From a virus (taxonomy: Duplodnaviria; Caudoviricetes), in IMG/VR virus record IMGVR_UViG_3300047560_001038, positions 1 to 61,743 of that record: a stretch of 61,743 nucleotides of DNA; one strand, given 5' to 3'. Below, piece after piece: positions 14,717 through 24,695 of the stretch (positions are counted from its first letter, which is position 1; every line of letters starts with the position of its first letter). A program made the position numbers and the translations under genes. Below the pieces are notes generated by a model. The model worked only from the letters and a program-made list of their open reading frames with translations, made no database searches and was not told where the DNA came from.

Positions 14717-16555
14717 TTGGCGACTACTAATAAAAACTTTAAGGTTAAGCACGGTCTTGACGTTAATGGTGAAATAAATATATCCGCAGCAGGTGGAAGT
14801 GAAGGCGGTCAGTTAAATCTTGATAAGCCAGCATCTGGAACTACACTTGCTGGTAATGTCGCTATTGATGTTTATGAAAATAAACTACGTATATTTGAGC
14901 AGGGAGGAACTGCTCGTGGTGCATACATAGATCTAACAGGAACTGCCTCAAGCGTTGGAACCAATCTTATTGCAACATCTGGTGCAATGAACTATGCACA
15001 GCAACAATCTACGAAACAATCTGGTATTTCTGCATCTGGTACAACAATTATCAGTAAATCATTTACAACTAATGGATATCCAGTTCAAGTTTTAGTAACT
15101 GGAGATGCAGAAAACTCTACTGCTGGAGGATGGGTAAAGCTTCAACTATACCGTGATTCAACTGCAATTGGAAAAGTTGTTCACGTAGAAATGTCTTCTG
15201 GATCGGAAAATGTTCCATATGCACTTACAGTTATTGATACACCTGCTGCTGGAACATATGTTTATGCATTAAAGACTGTATCAGTTGTATCTACTGGAAC
15301 AATGAATTTTGGTGAAACTGATGGCCCAGTACTCACACTAATTGAGCTTTCTGGAAGCAAGGGGGCAGACGGTGCAGCTGGGCTATCAGACATCGTTAGT
15401 GATACTACACCACAACTTGGTGGAGACCTTGATACAAATGGTTATGATATTACAGGGCTTAATGCACTAACTCTTGATACTACTCCAACAGGAGTTCCAA
15501 CAGGTGCAGGAGTAATTTCTTGGGATACTGATTTTGATACGCCAGCAATACAGTTAAATACTGCTGTAACACTTCAAGTTGGTCAGGAACACCTGGTTCG
15601 TGTTAAAAACAATAGCAATTCTGTAGCAATTCCAAATGGGGCAGTCGTTATGTTTGCAGGTGCAACTGGTGACACAGTTAAGGTTTCTCCAGCTGTTTCG
15701 ACATCAGCCAATGAACCATATAAGCTTGTTGGTATAGCAACACAAGAAATATCTGCAGATGGATTTGGATTTGTTACACAGTTTGGATTTGTCAATGGAT
15801 TAAATACAAGCTCTTATTCGCTTGGTGACTTGCTATACTCTAATCCATCTTCCCCTGGAGAATTGACTGCTACTCAGCCAACAGCACCAAACTGGACATT
15901 CCCAATAGCAGCAGTTGCAAGAGTTGGTAGTGGTAGTAGCGGAAGAATTCTTGTACGTGCAATTCCTGGAGCACACGTTCATGACCTAATTGATGTAACC
16001 ATTGATTCACCAGCAGACAATGAGATTCTTGCGTGGAACTCTGCAACATCTACATGGATTAATCAAACTGCTGCAGAGGCAGGTCTTCTCACAGCAGAAA
16101 CCGATCCAGTCTTTACCGCTTCAGCAGCACACGGCATTAGTTCTACAGATATAGCCCATTGGAATAGTGCCTATGGTTGGGGAAACCATGCTTCAGCAGG
16201 GTATTTGACAACACTTACTGGAACACTTGATGGATATGCTAAGTATTCAATTGCAGACATTCAGCAAAAAACAACAAGCTATACTCTCGTCATTACAGAT
16301 GCAAATGACATGATTGAGGTAAGCAGTTCGTCTCCAACAACAATCACAGTTCCAACAAATGCTTCGGTAGCATTCCCAACAAAAACTGAAATACATATTC
16401 TTCAAACAGGATCAGGACAAATTACTATTGCTGGAGATACAGGGGTAACAGTAAATGGAACTCCAGGGCTCAACCTCAGAGCACAATGGTCAATGGCTAC
16501 TCTTATCAAGAGAGACACAAATACCTGGCTACTTGTCGGAGACCTTATTGGTTAG
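14717..16555 (+). CDS. Mosaic fibre protein (TTG start)
   Basis: N-terminus like the 13298 protein; DTTPQLGGDLD motif; one 39-aa repeat; C-terminal domain like the 4289 protein. Confidence 0.75.
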   Translation: MATTNKNFKVKHGLDVNGEINISAAGGSEGGQLNLDKPASGTTLAGNVAIDVYENKLRIFEQGGTARGAYIDLTGTASSVGTNLIATSGAMNYAQQQSTKQSGISASGTTIISKSFTTNGYPVQVLVTGDAENSTAGGWVKLQLYRDSTAIGKVVHVEMSSGSENVPYALTVIDTPAAGTYVYALKTVSVVSTGTMNFGETDGPVLTLIELSGSKGADGAAGLSDIVSDTTPQLGGDLDTNGYDITGLNALTLDTTPTGVPTGAGVISWDTDFDTPAIQLNTAVTLQVGQEHLVRVKNNSNSVAIPNGAVVMFAGATGDTVKVSPAVSTSANEPYKLVGIATQEISADGFGFVTQFGFVNGLNTSSYSLGDLLYSNPSSPGELTATQPTAPNWTFPIAAVARVGSGSSGRILVRAIPGAHVHDLIDVTIDSPADNEILAWNSATSTWINQTAAEAGLLTAETDPVFTASAAHGISSTDIAHWNSAYGWGNHASAGYLTTLTGTLDGYAKYSIADIQQKTTSYTLVITDANDMIEVSSSSPTTITVPTNASVAFPTKTEIHILQTGSGQITIAGDTGVTVNGTPGLNLRAQWSMATLIKRDTNTWLLVGDLIG

Positions 16556-17078
16556 CTTTTTCAATATCAGATTGAACAGCTAAGTCGTAATCTTCTTTTC
16601 TCGTTACGCACAAGATCTCATTGAATGAAAGATCTTCTGCACGATAAACAAGAATCGCCCCATCTTCCTGAGCCATTTCAAAAAGTTCGGAATCTGCAAA
16701 CCAGAAAGAATACTCTTCATTAGCAGTAAATTCATAATCAGCAGTTATTGAGAATAATCCACCATCGCTAAAATTGATAACTGGAACAAACTCATTTGCC
16801 TCAATTACAGGTATGATTGTTGAAAGATTTAGATTTTCTATATTCTTTGCAACAAGTATGTGAGTTGCACCATTAGATTTGGCATATTGAATACCCTGGT
16901 TCCAAGCCTTTGAATTATTGAATGAGTCAACCACAATGTTGTTTATGCCAGGATATTCTGTATATTCATCCTGAAAATGTGCAAAAATTGTTCTCCCTGC
17001 GTAATCGCCAAGGGATTCGACTAGAGAAGAGTAATCTGCGTTCTCTTCAAGTACGCTGTATAGAATCCAAATGTTCAT
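16545..17078 (-). CDS. Divergent GT2-like glycosyltransferase-fold protein, leaderless
   Basis: FNNSKAWNQGIQYA...THILV and FWFADSELF resemble GT2 motifs; own TGATATAAT promoter 6 nt from ATG. Confidence 0.55.
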   Translation of the reverse strand: MNIWILYSVLEENADYSSLVESLGDYAGRTIFAHFQDEYTEYPGINNIVVDSFNNSKAWNQGIQYAKSNGATHILVAKNIENLNLSTIIPVIEANEFVPVINFSDGGLFSITADYEFTANEEYSFWFADSELFEMAQEDGAILVYRAEDLSFNEILCVTRKEDYDLAVQSDIEKANQ

Positions 17079-17127
17079 ATTTAAATTATATCATGAAGCT
17101 TATATGATAAAATAAAATAGGTGAACA

Positions 17128-20121
17128 ATGACTATAGCATCAAACTTATATGCAGATAAAATCTTTGCAGAGCAACCCTCAGCCCTGTGGTCGCTTGACG
17201 ACGATCTTTCTGTTTCGGCATCAACAATATCTGGTATAGCCATTTCAGATACAAAAGGAATTCCTGCAACATCTTATGGTGTTGGTGCATATCCTGGATA
17301 CTACATTACCGATTCTTTTGGATCTTCATACTCAAATAATGATGGAGTTCCAATGGTTTATGGTGCTACTAATATCACAACAATTTACCCAAATCTTTCT
17401 AACGCAGATTCCCCATCACTGATTCTTCCAGCTTTTGGATTTATGAATGAACTAGGTAAGACAAGGCCAATCACATATGAGATGTGGCTAAGAATTAGTT
17501 CAGAGGCATCTCAGCCAAAAAAGATATTTGGTCCAATAGGTTCAGATGATGGATTATACGTTTATGGCTCATTCTTATCGCTCAGATTCAATGGAAAGAT
17601 TTACTCGCATCCAGTTGGATCGTGGGGTAGACCAATGCTTATTCAGATAACAGTAGCACAATCATCAGTAAGCCTAATGCTTAATGGCGAACAGATTCTC
17701 TCCGAGTACTACGATCCAGAAACTGTTGTTCTTGCATCGCAATATGATGATGAAGGAAATAATCAGGATTGGGTTGGTTTTTACGCATATGACGATGTGA
17801 TGCCAATTAATATCGATTGCTGTGCTGTGTATCCTTTCCAAATACCATTGCTTGTCGCAAAGAAAAGATTCGCATATGGTCAGGCAGTAAAGTCTCCAGA
17901 GTTCGGAATGTCCCTGAATTCAGATGTTCCATTTATTGCAGATTTTCAATTTGCAGAATATGCAAAAAACTATATTTATCCAGATATTGGCAAATGGGAG
18001 CAGGGTGTATTTAATAACTGCTCATTCAAGAACAACAATCTTTCTACACCAGAATATTCTTTGCCAGAGGCAGTATTCTCAAATAATCAGTCAGTAGACA
18101 CCTGGTATTTAAAACAAAATAGTTCTGGAGAATACGACAAGCTTGAGACAAACAATCTATACTTTAAGATTAATCCATTGAGCGAAGACTATTCTGGATA
18201 CTTGTTCTTTAAAAACCTGAACATGCTTGATCAGCCAATTGCATCCATTTATGGCGTGTTTGAAATCGGAAGTTCTGCTGTAAACGGAGAAGTTCTATTT
18301 GAAATAGCTGGATCAGCAGGGCAGAAGTTCTCAGCAAAGATATCTGAGTCTGGCGGAGTATATTCTCTTTCTTATGTCTTTACAAAGTCTGATTCTTCTA
18401 CAGTCAATATTGGTGGTGTGGAAAACTTAACGTTAGACACAAAGTTTGTTGCAGGTTTGAACATCCAAGATCTTCTTCTACAAACGGAGTTAGACGTATC
18501 ATTCCTAGTTCCATTCTTTAGCAACCTTAATAGTCTTTCGCTCTATATCGGCGGTACATCAAACTTTGAAAATACATTCTCTGGGAAGGTGTATCGTTTT
18601 GGATTTGACAATGCCCTCACGCACACAGAGCTATCCGAATCATATACTTTTGGAATACCAGCATTTGACGATTCAACATTGTTTATGAACCACTATGCTG
18701 CATATACTTTGTTCTCAACAAATACTTTTGGTATTTTTGGATTAGACATAGCGGTTTCTTTTATGTGGAGAGATTACATGCCACTGTCTTACTTTGGTAA
18801 AAACGTGGTAGATGCAGAAGACAATCAGACATTCGACCTTGACTTTTTGCAATTTAACATCGACTATCCAGAACCATTTAGGTACACGGTAGAAAGTACA
18901 TTTGAGCAATCGCAGGTTGACACATCAGACTCAATTGTAAAATCTTATGCCCTGCTATCCAATATAGGATCAGAAAATACTGCCTTAACAGATGTACCTT
19001 TGGGATATGGGAAATACATTTATCCATATAATGATTGGGCAACAGAAAGATACGAGCTTGTAAATGAGTCAGTTATCTACATGCCACAATATGTTGATTC
19101 AGAAACTACTACTGATGTTCCGTTTGAAGAATTACAGATTCTTATTTTGATAGAGGGAAAAGTTCCAGGTATTCTAAGAAATCCAATTGGCATAAGGTCC
19201 GTTAGATTAAGTTCACAAGCCCTTAACATAGACATAGAAACTGCTATTGGATCTAAGTTTGGAAAGAAAGCTTACCCATATACAGAAATAGACGAAGCAA
19301 AAGATTATAAGGTAGCAAATCCTGTTTCAGTTTATACAGGAAGTACGCCCTATCTTTATATGGATCACTACTCTGGTGTTAGATTGCTTGGGGACACACT
19401 ATCTGGTGAGCGAGGGGTATTGATTAAAATTAATCCAGAAGCTTCAGATTACTATAAGCTGAGTCTGATCCAGTTTGCAATTAAGACAGAAGACCTGTTC
19501 CCACTAGAGCCAACAAAAATATTTGAAATGGAAGACACATCAAATATTTATTATGTCTACGTAGATAGACTTGATGGTGGAGAAGAGGCCGTAATCTATG
19601 TCAACAAGGTAGTCGATGGAGTAGAAGAACTATTTAATGGTGTAAAAATTTACATCAACGGAAAAGAGTATTCAGACTCTCAGGACTCAGATTCCCTAAT
19701 CGACGAACAGCCAATCATTAGATATAAAGAATGGAATATCATTGGTGTTAAATTTAAATCACCACTTAACTTTAGCTATACATCAGATGGATATATTAGC
19801 TTTGTTGGCCCATTCATTTTTAATAACATCAACTCGTTCAAGGTTAATAAGATTGAAGAGGGTGCGAGAATTCTATTTAGAAAGTGGTCAGATGTAGATG
19901 GATCAGACTGGTCAGCATACTCTACTGGTTCTTGGGATAATGTAAGAGTTTTGTCGTCCACAGAAATTCCAGGTACAGATGGCACAAAAGCATATAGAAC
20001 ATATTTTGGTAGCAACAGGTTAATAATTGACAATGCAGAGTCAGTTTTAGGTTTCGGAATGTACGAATATGACGTATATCCAAACATTGTGTGGAAGACA
20101 AATTCGGTAGCTGCTGTATAG
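17128..20121 (+). CDS. Large virion protein, probably with a LamG/ConA-like domain
   Basis: 997-aa ORF; EQPSALWSLDD and ITYEMWL...SLMLNGE lectin-like pattern. Confidence 0.65.
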   Translation: MTIASNLYADKIFAEQPSALWSLDDDLSVSASTISGIAISDTKGIPATSYGVGAYPGYYITDSFGSSYSNNDGVPMVYGATNITTIYPNLSNADSPSLILPAFGFMNELGKTRPITYEMWLRISSEASQPKKIFGPIGSDDGLYVYGSFLSLRFNGKIYSHPVGSWGRPMLIQITVAQSSVSLMLNGEQILSEYYDPETVVLASQYDDEGNNQDWVGFYAYDDVMPINIDCCAVYPFQIPLLVAKKRFAYGQAVKSPEFGMSLNSDVPFIADFQFAEYAKNYIYPDIGKWEQGVFNNCSFKNNNLSTPEYSLPEAVFSNNQSVDTWYLKQNSSGEYDKLETNNLYFKINPLSEDYSGYLFFKNLNMLDQPIASIYGVFEIGSSAVNGEVLFEIAGSAGQKFSAKISESGGVYSLSYVFTKSDSSTVNIGGVENLTLDTKFVAGLNIQDLLLQTELDVSFLVPFFSNLNSLSLYIGGTSNFENTFSGKVYRFGFDNALTHTELSESYTFGIPAFDDSTLFMNHYAAYTLFSTNTFGIFGLDIAVSFMWRDYMPLSYFGKNVVDAEDNQTFDLDFLQFNIDYPEPFRYTVESTFEQSQVDTSDSIVKSYALLSNIGSENTALTDVPLGYGKYIYPYNDWATERYELVNESVIYMPQYVDSETTTDVPFEELQILILIEGKVPGILRNPIGIRSVRLSSQALNIDIETAIGSKFGKKAYPYTEIDEAKDYKVANPVSVYTGSTPYLYMDHYSGVRLLGDTLSGERGVLIKINPEASDYYKLSLIQFAIKTEDLFPLEPTKIFEMEDTSNIYYVYVDRLDGGEEAVIYVNKVVDGVEELFNGVKIYINGKEYSDSQDSDSLIDEQPIIRYKEWNIIGVKFKSPLNFSYTSDGYISFVGPFIFNNINSFKVNKIEEGARILFRKWSDVDGSDWSAYSTGSWDNVRVLSSTEIPGTDGTKAYRTYFGSNRLIIDNAESVLGFGMYEYDVYPNIVWKTNSVAAV

Positions 20122-20139
20122 TATGGTATACTGGTGTCT

Positions 20140-20535
20140 ATGAGTAATCTGAACATCGGTCCTGTTATGAAGGGACAAATCGGAAAAACAAGTGTTCGTG
20201 TTGTCGAAGAGCCATTCTCAAATGCAGGTCTTTATATTTGGGTAAAGCCAGATGGAAAAGCGTTCACTGGTGGAAACAATGATCCACTATGTATTGAGTC
20301 AATGCGTGGAGATCAGTCAAAGATTGATGAACTTACAAAGGCTGCAGCACACTACGGTCAGCCAGAAGGCAAAGCGGTATTCTTTCCAAACCAAAGAATG
20401 GTTAGCGACGAGACACACTCAGAGCAGGTAGACAAGATGTCACAAGGATTTATTCCTTCAGACAATGACCTTGGTGCTCTAATTGCTGCAAAGCAAACAA
20501 TCGATCTATATGGAGTTGACGCATACAATGCCTAA
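20140..20535 (+). CDS. Hypothetical protein upstream of portal
   Basis: ORF with TGGTATACT 7 nt before ATG 20140. Confidence 0.7.
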   Translation: MSNLNIGPVMKGQIGKTSVRVVEEPFSNAGLYIWVKPDGKAFTGGNNDPLCIESMRGDQSKIDELTKAAAHYGQPEGKAVFFPNQRMVSDETHSEQVDKMSQGFIPSDNDLGALIAAKQTIDLYGVDAYNA

Positions 20536-22135
20536 TGATGAACTAATGAGAGTTCCAATTCCAATCAAGCTTGATGATGAAATCATTAACGAAAGTCCAT
20601 TCAAAAATGCTGACCCATTTAAAAAGTCATGGGATCAACTAAAGGACCTGGCTGGACTTGACACAAACTTTAAGCGTCGCACATCTCGTATTGAAAAGGT
20701 TCAGTACACAGATAACTATATGGATTCTGCAAATGCAGTACAAAGTGGTACTAATGATGCAAAGTCAAAGAAAATCAATCCTGGTGTTGTATACCGCAAC
20801 GCATACGGACTCTTTGATGTTATTACTCCACCATACGATCTTTATGAGCTTGCAAATTACTATGACACATCCTTTGCAAACCACGCTGCTGTTGATGCAA
20901 AGGTTGAGAACACAGTTGGTCTTGGATATGACTTTATGGTTTCAGACAAGACAATGCTTAAGCTTGAGGACACAGAAGACAAGGAAGCCGTAAAGAGAGC
21001 ACGTAAGCGTATTGAACGACTTAAGATTCAGCTTCGTGATTGGATTGAAAGCCTTAACCTTGATGAAAGCTTTACCAATGTTCTTGAGAAAGTTATCACA
21101 GATTATTATTCAGTAGGTAACGGCTACATCGAAGTTGGTCGTACCACAACAGGTGAGATTGGCTACATTGGTCATATCCCTGCTACAACACTTCGTGTCC
21201 GTCGTATGCATGATGGATTCGTTCAGATTATCGGTAACAAGGTAGTCTACTTTAGAAATTTCGGGGCAAAGAATCCAAACCCCATCACACAGGATCCACG
21301 TCCTAACGAGATCATTCACATTAAGGAATACTCTCCACTAAACACATTCTATGGTGTACCAGATGTTATTGCTGCAATGCCATCGCTTCTTGGAGACGCA
21401 CTTGCATCACAATACAACATCGACTACTTTGGAAACAAGGCAGTTCCTCGTTACGTTGTAACCCTTAAGGGTGCTCAGCTTTCACAAGAGGCCGAAGACA
21501 AGATGTTTAGATTCCTTCAGGCAGGTCTCAAGGGTCAGAACCACAGAACACTTTACATTCCACTTCCTGGAGACTCAGATCTTAACAAGGTTGAGTTTAA
21601 GATGGAAGCAATCGAAAGTGGTGTTCAAGAAGGATCCTTCAGTCAGTACCGTAAGCAGACTCGTGATGATATTCTCATTGCCCACCAGGTTCCACTTTCC
21701 AAACTAGGTGGATCGGATTCTTCTCAGATTGCGGCAAGCTTGGCACAGGATCGCACATTTAAAGAACAGGTCGCTAGACCAGCCCAACGCAATCTTGAGA
21801 AGATTCTAAACAAGATCATCCGTGAAAAGACAGACATCCTTGAACTCAAGTTTAATGAACTTACACTCACAGATGAAATCGCACAATCACAGATTCTTGA
21901 GCGTTATGTTAAGACACAGATTATGCTTCCAAACGAAGCTCGTGAAAAGCTTGGTCTTCCACAGATTCCTGGCGGAGACAAGCCATTTGAAATGACATCT
22001 CGTCAGTCTACAGATGCTCGTGCTAACACAGCACAGAACAGAGGACGTGACTCTGAACGAGCAGCCAACTCTTCAGATGGACCAACCACAACAAGTGGTC
22101 GTAACCCAAAGGGCGAGGGTAGATCCTCAAACTGA
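20528..22135 (+). CDS. Portal protein
   Basis: GNGYIEV, NEIIHIK, FYGVP, YFGNKAVP and PNEAREKLGL motifs; upstream of protease and capsid. Confidence 0.9.
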   Translation: MPNDELMRVPIPIKLDDEIINESPFKNADPFKKSWDQLKDLAGLDTNFKRRTSRIEKVQYTDNYMDSANAVQSGTNDAKSKKINPGVVYRNAYGLFDVITPPYDLYELANYYDTSFANHAAVDAKVENTVGLGYDFMVSDKTMLKLEDTEDKEAVKRARKRIERLKIQLRDWIESLNLDESFTNVLEKVITDYYSVGNGYIEVGRTTTGEIGYIGHIPATTLRVRRMHDGFVQIIGNKVVYFRNFGAKNPNPITQDPRPNEIIHIKEYSPLNTFYGVPDVIAAMPSLLGDALASQYNIDYFGNKAVPRYVVTLKGAQLSQEAEDKMFRFLQAGLKGQNHRTLYIPLPGDSDLNKVEFKMEAIESGVQEGSFSQYRKQTRDDILIAHQVPLSKLGGSDSSQIAASLAQDRTFKEQVARPAQRNLEKILNKIIREKTDILELKFNELTLTDEIAQSQILERYVKTQIMLPNEAREKLGLPQIPGGDKPFEMTSRQSTDARANTAQNRGRDSERAANSSDGPTTTSGRNPKGEGRSSN

Positions 22136-22190
22136 CAATTGTTACAATAAATTAACAATTGCATAAAATATAGTGTATAATAAAAACAGT

Positions 22191-23483
22191 ATGAGTATTC
22201 AAAAGGCCCATTGGCAAACTGAAGGCGATAACGTTCGTCTTTCAATGCCGTTCTCAAAAGTTGACCAAGAGCGTAGAATCGTTTCTGGTTTCGCAACTCT
22301 TGACAACATCGACAAGCAAGCAGACGTTGTTACAACAGATGCTTCTATGAAGGCTTTTGAAAAGTTCCGTGGCAACATTCGTGAGATGCACCAACCAATT
22401 GCTGTTGGCAAGATGCTCTCATTCAAAGAAGACAAGTACTTCGATCCTGAAACAAAGAAGTTTTATTCTGGAGTTTATGTATCAGCATATATCTCAAAGG
22501 GTGCTCAGGATTGCTGGGAAAAGGTCATGGATGGTACATACTCAGGTTTTTCAATCGGTGGACGTATGAATAAGTGGGATGACGCATATGATGAAAAAAT
22601 GGATGCCCCCATTCGAATTATTAAGGATTATGATCTAATGGAACTCTCATTAGTTGATACTCCTGCTAACCAATTTGCAAACATTCTTTCTATTGAAAAG
22701 AATGATAATGGTGATACAGTTGTTACAGGTGAAATGACAGAACTTGAAACAGAAAATGTTTTCTGGGACAAGGAGTCTGGGCTAGTTATGGTTTCAGCCA
22801 ATGAGTTTGAAGCAAGCCCAGCAACTGGAGAGCCAATGCAAAATATTGGATTTGTTGAGAAGTCAGATGTTGACAAGCTTGACATGGTAAAGTTCTTAGT
22901 TGATAGTGCTAAAGGTACTAATCTTTCTAAGATGAACGAGGAGGATGAAATGACAGACGAAATCGTAAATGATGCCCCTGAAACTGCTGAGGTAGTTGAA
23001 GAGGTCGTAGCTGTTGAAGAAGTCGCTCCAGAGGCAGATGCCGAAGTCGTTACTGACGTTGAGAAGGCTGTTAAGCCTGAAGAAGAGGTCGAACCAGCTA
23101 CTCCTGAAGAGGATGCAGTTGAGGATGCCGCAGAAGGCGAAACAGAAAACGATGAAGAGGTTAAGAAGTCAGACGAGGGAGCTGCAGACGCAGTTACTGA
23201 ACTCAAGGATGCCGTTACATCAGCCTTTAGCGAACTTACAACAGTAGTTAAGTCACTCAGCGAAGAAATTGCTGAGTTAAAGAAGTCAGTTGGACACATC
23301 GATGCAAAAGTCAACGATGCAGAAAGCGACTTTAACAATCTTGGGAAGCGAATTGATGCAGTAGAAGCAGATACCGCTTTCCGCAAGTCTGGCGATCTGG
23401 GTGAGATCGTACAGGAACCAGCAATGGTTGAAAAATCAGTATGGGGTGGACGTTTCCTCAACACATCCGATCTACTGAAATAA
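22191..23483 (+). CDS. Prohead maturation protease fused to scaffolding domain
   Basis: IREMH, GFSIGG and ELSLVDTPANQ (HK97-type protease); acidic coiled-coil C-terminus. Confidence 0.9.
   Translation: MSIQKAHWQTEGDNVRLSMPFSKVDQERRIVSGFATLDNIDKQADVVTTDASMKAFEKFRGNIREMHQPIAVGKMLSFKEDKYFDPETKKFYSGVYVSAYISKGAQDCWEKVMDGTYSGFSIGGRMNKWDDAYDEKMDAPIRIIKDYDLMELSLVDTPANQFANILSIEKNDNGDTVVTGEMTELETENVFWDKESGLVMVSANEFEASPATGEPMQNIGFVEKSDVDKLDMVKFLVDSAKGTNLSKMNEEDEMTDEIVNDAPETAEVVEEVVAVEEVAPEADAEVVTDVEKAVKPEEEVEPATPEEDAVEDAAEGETENDEEVKKSDEGAADAVTELKDAVTSAFSELTTVVKSLSEEIAELKKSVGHIDAKVNDAESDFNNLGKRIDAVEADTAFRKSGDLGEIVQEPAMVEKSVWGGRFLNTSDLLK
22950..23483 (+). CDS. Nested in-frame scaffolding protein (MTDEIVND...)
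   Basis: Internal SD GAGGAGGA ahead of in-frame ATG 22950. Confidence 0.6.
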   Translation: MTDEIVNDAPETAEVVEEVVAVEEVAPEADAEVVTDVEKAVKPEEEVEPATPEEDAVEDAAEGETENDEEVKKSDEGAADAVTELKDAVTSAFSELTTVVKSLSEEIAELKKSVGHIDAKVNDAESDFNNLGKRIDAVEADTAFRKSGDLGEIVQEPAMVEKSVWGGRFLNTSDLLK

Positions 23484-23508
23484 AAAATACACTTTGGAGG
23501 TGAAAATA

Positions 23509-24612
23509 ATGTCGGAAGAAATCATTAATAAGAACCTGCCTGGTAGCTACCCTAACTCAGACGGTAGCACATTCGCAGGTGGTATTGGTGGTGTAGCAGA
23601 TCCTGCTTTCGCATACCTTGGTAACACTGAGGGTGACGCAAGCATGGGTCTTACAGACGGTCCAAACGCCGTTAACCCATCATTTACCGAAAGCCCAAAC
23701 TACCCAGGTGCTGGTATCCTACGTCCCGATCAAGCTCGTCGCTTTATCGATTACGTTTGGGACGCAACAACTCTCGCACAAGATGGTCGTCGTGTCACAA
23801 TGAGAGCCAACACTATGGAACTTGAGAAGGTTAACGTTGGAGAGCGTGTCGTTCGTGCCGCTAACCAGGGTGACGCTTCATTCACAAATGCTGGAGCTAC
23901 ATTCAGCAAGGTAGAGCTTACAACTAAGAAGCTCCGTCTTGACTGGGAAGTTTCAAGCGAAGCACTAGAAGACAACATTGAAGGAGGTGCTCTTGAGGAC
24001 CACCTTGTACGTCTTATGACTACAGCCTTTGGTAACGACATCGAAGATCTCGCTATCAACGGTGACACAGCTCAGTCAGGAGACGACTTCCTCGGAATCA
24101 TGGACGGCTTCATTGCCCACACACAGGGTGATGGATACGCACACGAGGCTGTTGTTGCTCAGGACGACGCTAACTGGACAGTACACGACATGCAGAAGCT
24201 AATTCTTGCCATGCCACGTCGTTACCGTGCTCTCCAGACTGGACTTAAGTTCTACGCAGGTACAGACACATTCGCAAACATCGTTAAGAACAACGGTACT
24301 ACATTCGATGCAATCGGTTCAACCGAAGCTGCTCGTGGTAGCTACCTTGGGGGTATCGACCAAACATTTGGTGGTGCTCGTCAGACACGTGTTCTCGGTG
24401 TGCCTGTCTTGGAAGTTCCTTACTTCCCTGCAGACTACGTTGAACTTACATTCCCACAGAACCGTATCTGGGGATTCCAGCGTGATATCACAGTCAACCG
24501 TTTCTACGTTCCCAAGAAGGACACAATCGAATACACCGTATTCGTTCGTTTCGGAATCAACTGGGAAGAGCAGGACGCAATTGCTTGGGCAACCAAGCCA
24601 GCTGCTTCCTAA
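23509..24612 (+). CDS. Major capsid protein
   Basis: GILRPDQARRFID and VELTTKKLRLDWEVSSEALEDNIEG; SD GGAGGTG; strong codon bias. Confidence 0.9.
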   Translation: MSEEIINKNLPGSYPNSDGSTFAGGIGGVADPAFAYLGNTEGDASMGLTDGPNAVNPSFTESPNYPGAGILRPDQARRFIDYVWDATTLAQDGRRVTMRANTMELEKVNVGERVVRAANQGDASFTNAGATFSKVELTTKKLRLDWEVSSEALEDNIEGGALEDHLVRLMTTAFGNDIEDLAINGDTAQSGDDFLGIMDGFIAHTQGDGYAHEAVVAQDDANWTVHDMQKLILAMPRRYRALQTGLKFYAGTDTFANIVKNNGTTFDAIGSTEAARGSYLGGIDQTFGGARQTRVLGVPVLEVPYFPADYVELTFPQNRIWGFQRDITVNRFYVPKKDTIEYTVFVRFGINWEEQDAIAWATKPAAS

Positions 24613-24629
24613 TCTATAGAAGCACTAAT

Positions 24630-24666
24630 GGGGGGCAGGGGATAAAACCTCTGCCCCTTATTTAAT
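24630..24666 (+). terminator. Intrinsic terminator after the capsid gene
   Basis: GGGGCAGGGG...CCTCTGCCCC stem followed by TTATTT. Confidence 0.75.
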
Positions 24667-24695
24667 TAAATGATATACTTATACAGGAGGTAGAT

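Noticed and set aside
13493-16210. Diversity-generating retroelement TR/VR pair
   Set aside because: Differences are mainly synonymous and not adenine-specific; no reverse transcriptase in the window
22628-23464. 278-aa minus-strand ORF and other long antisense ORFs (e.g. 49188-49832)
   Set aside because: Shadows of codon-biased plus-strand genes; no SD or promoter, and low-complexity translations
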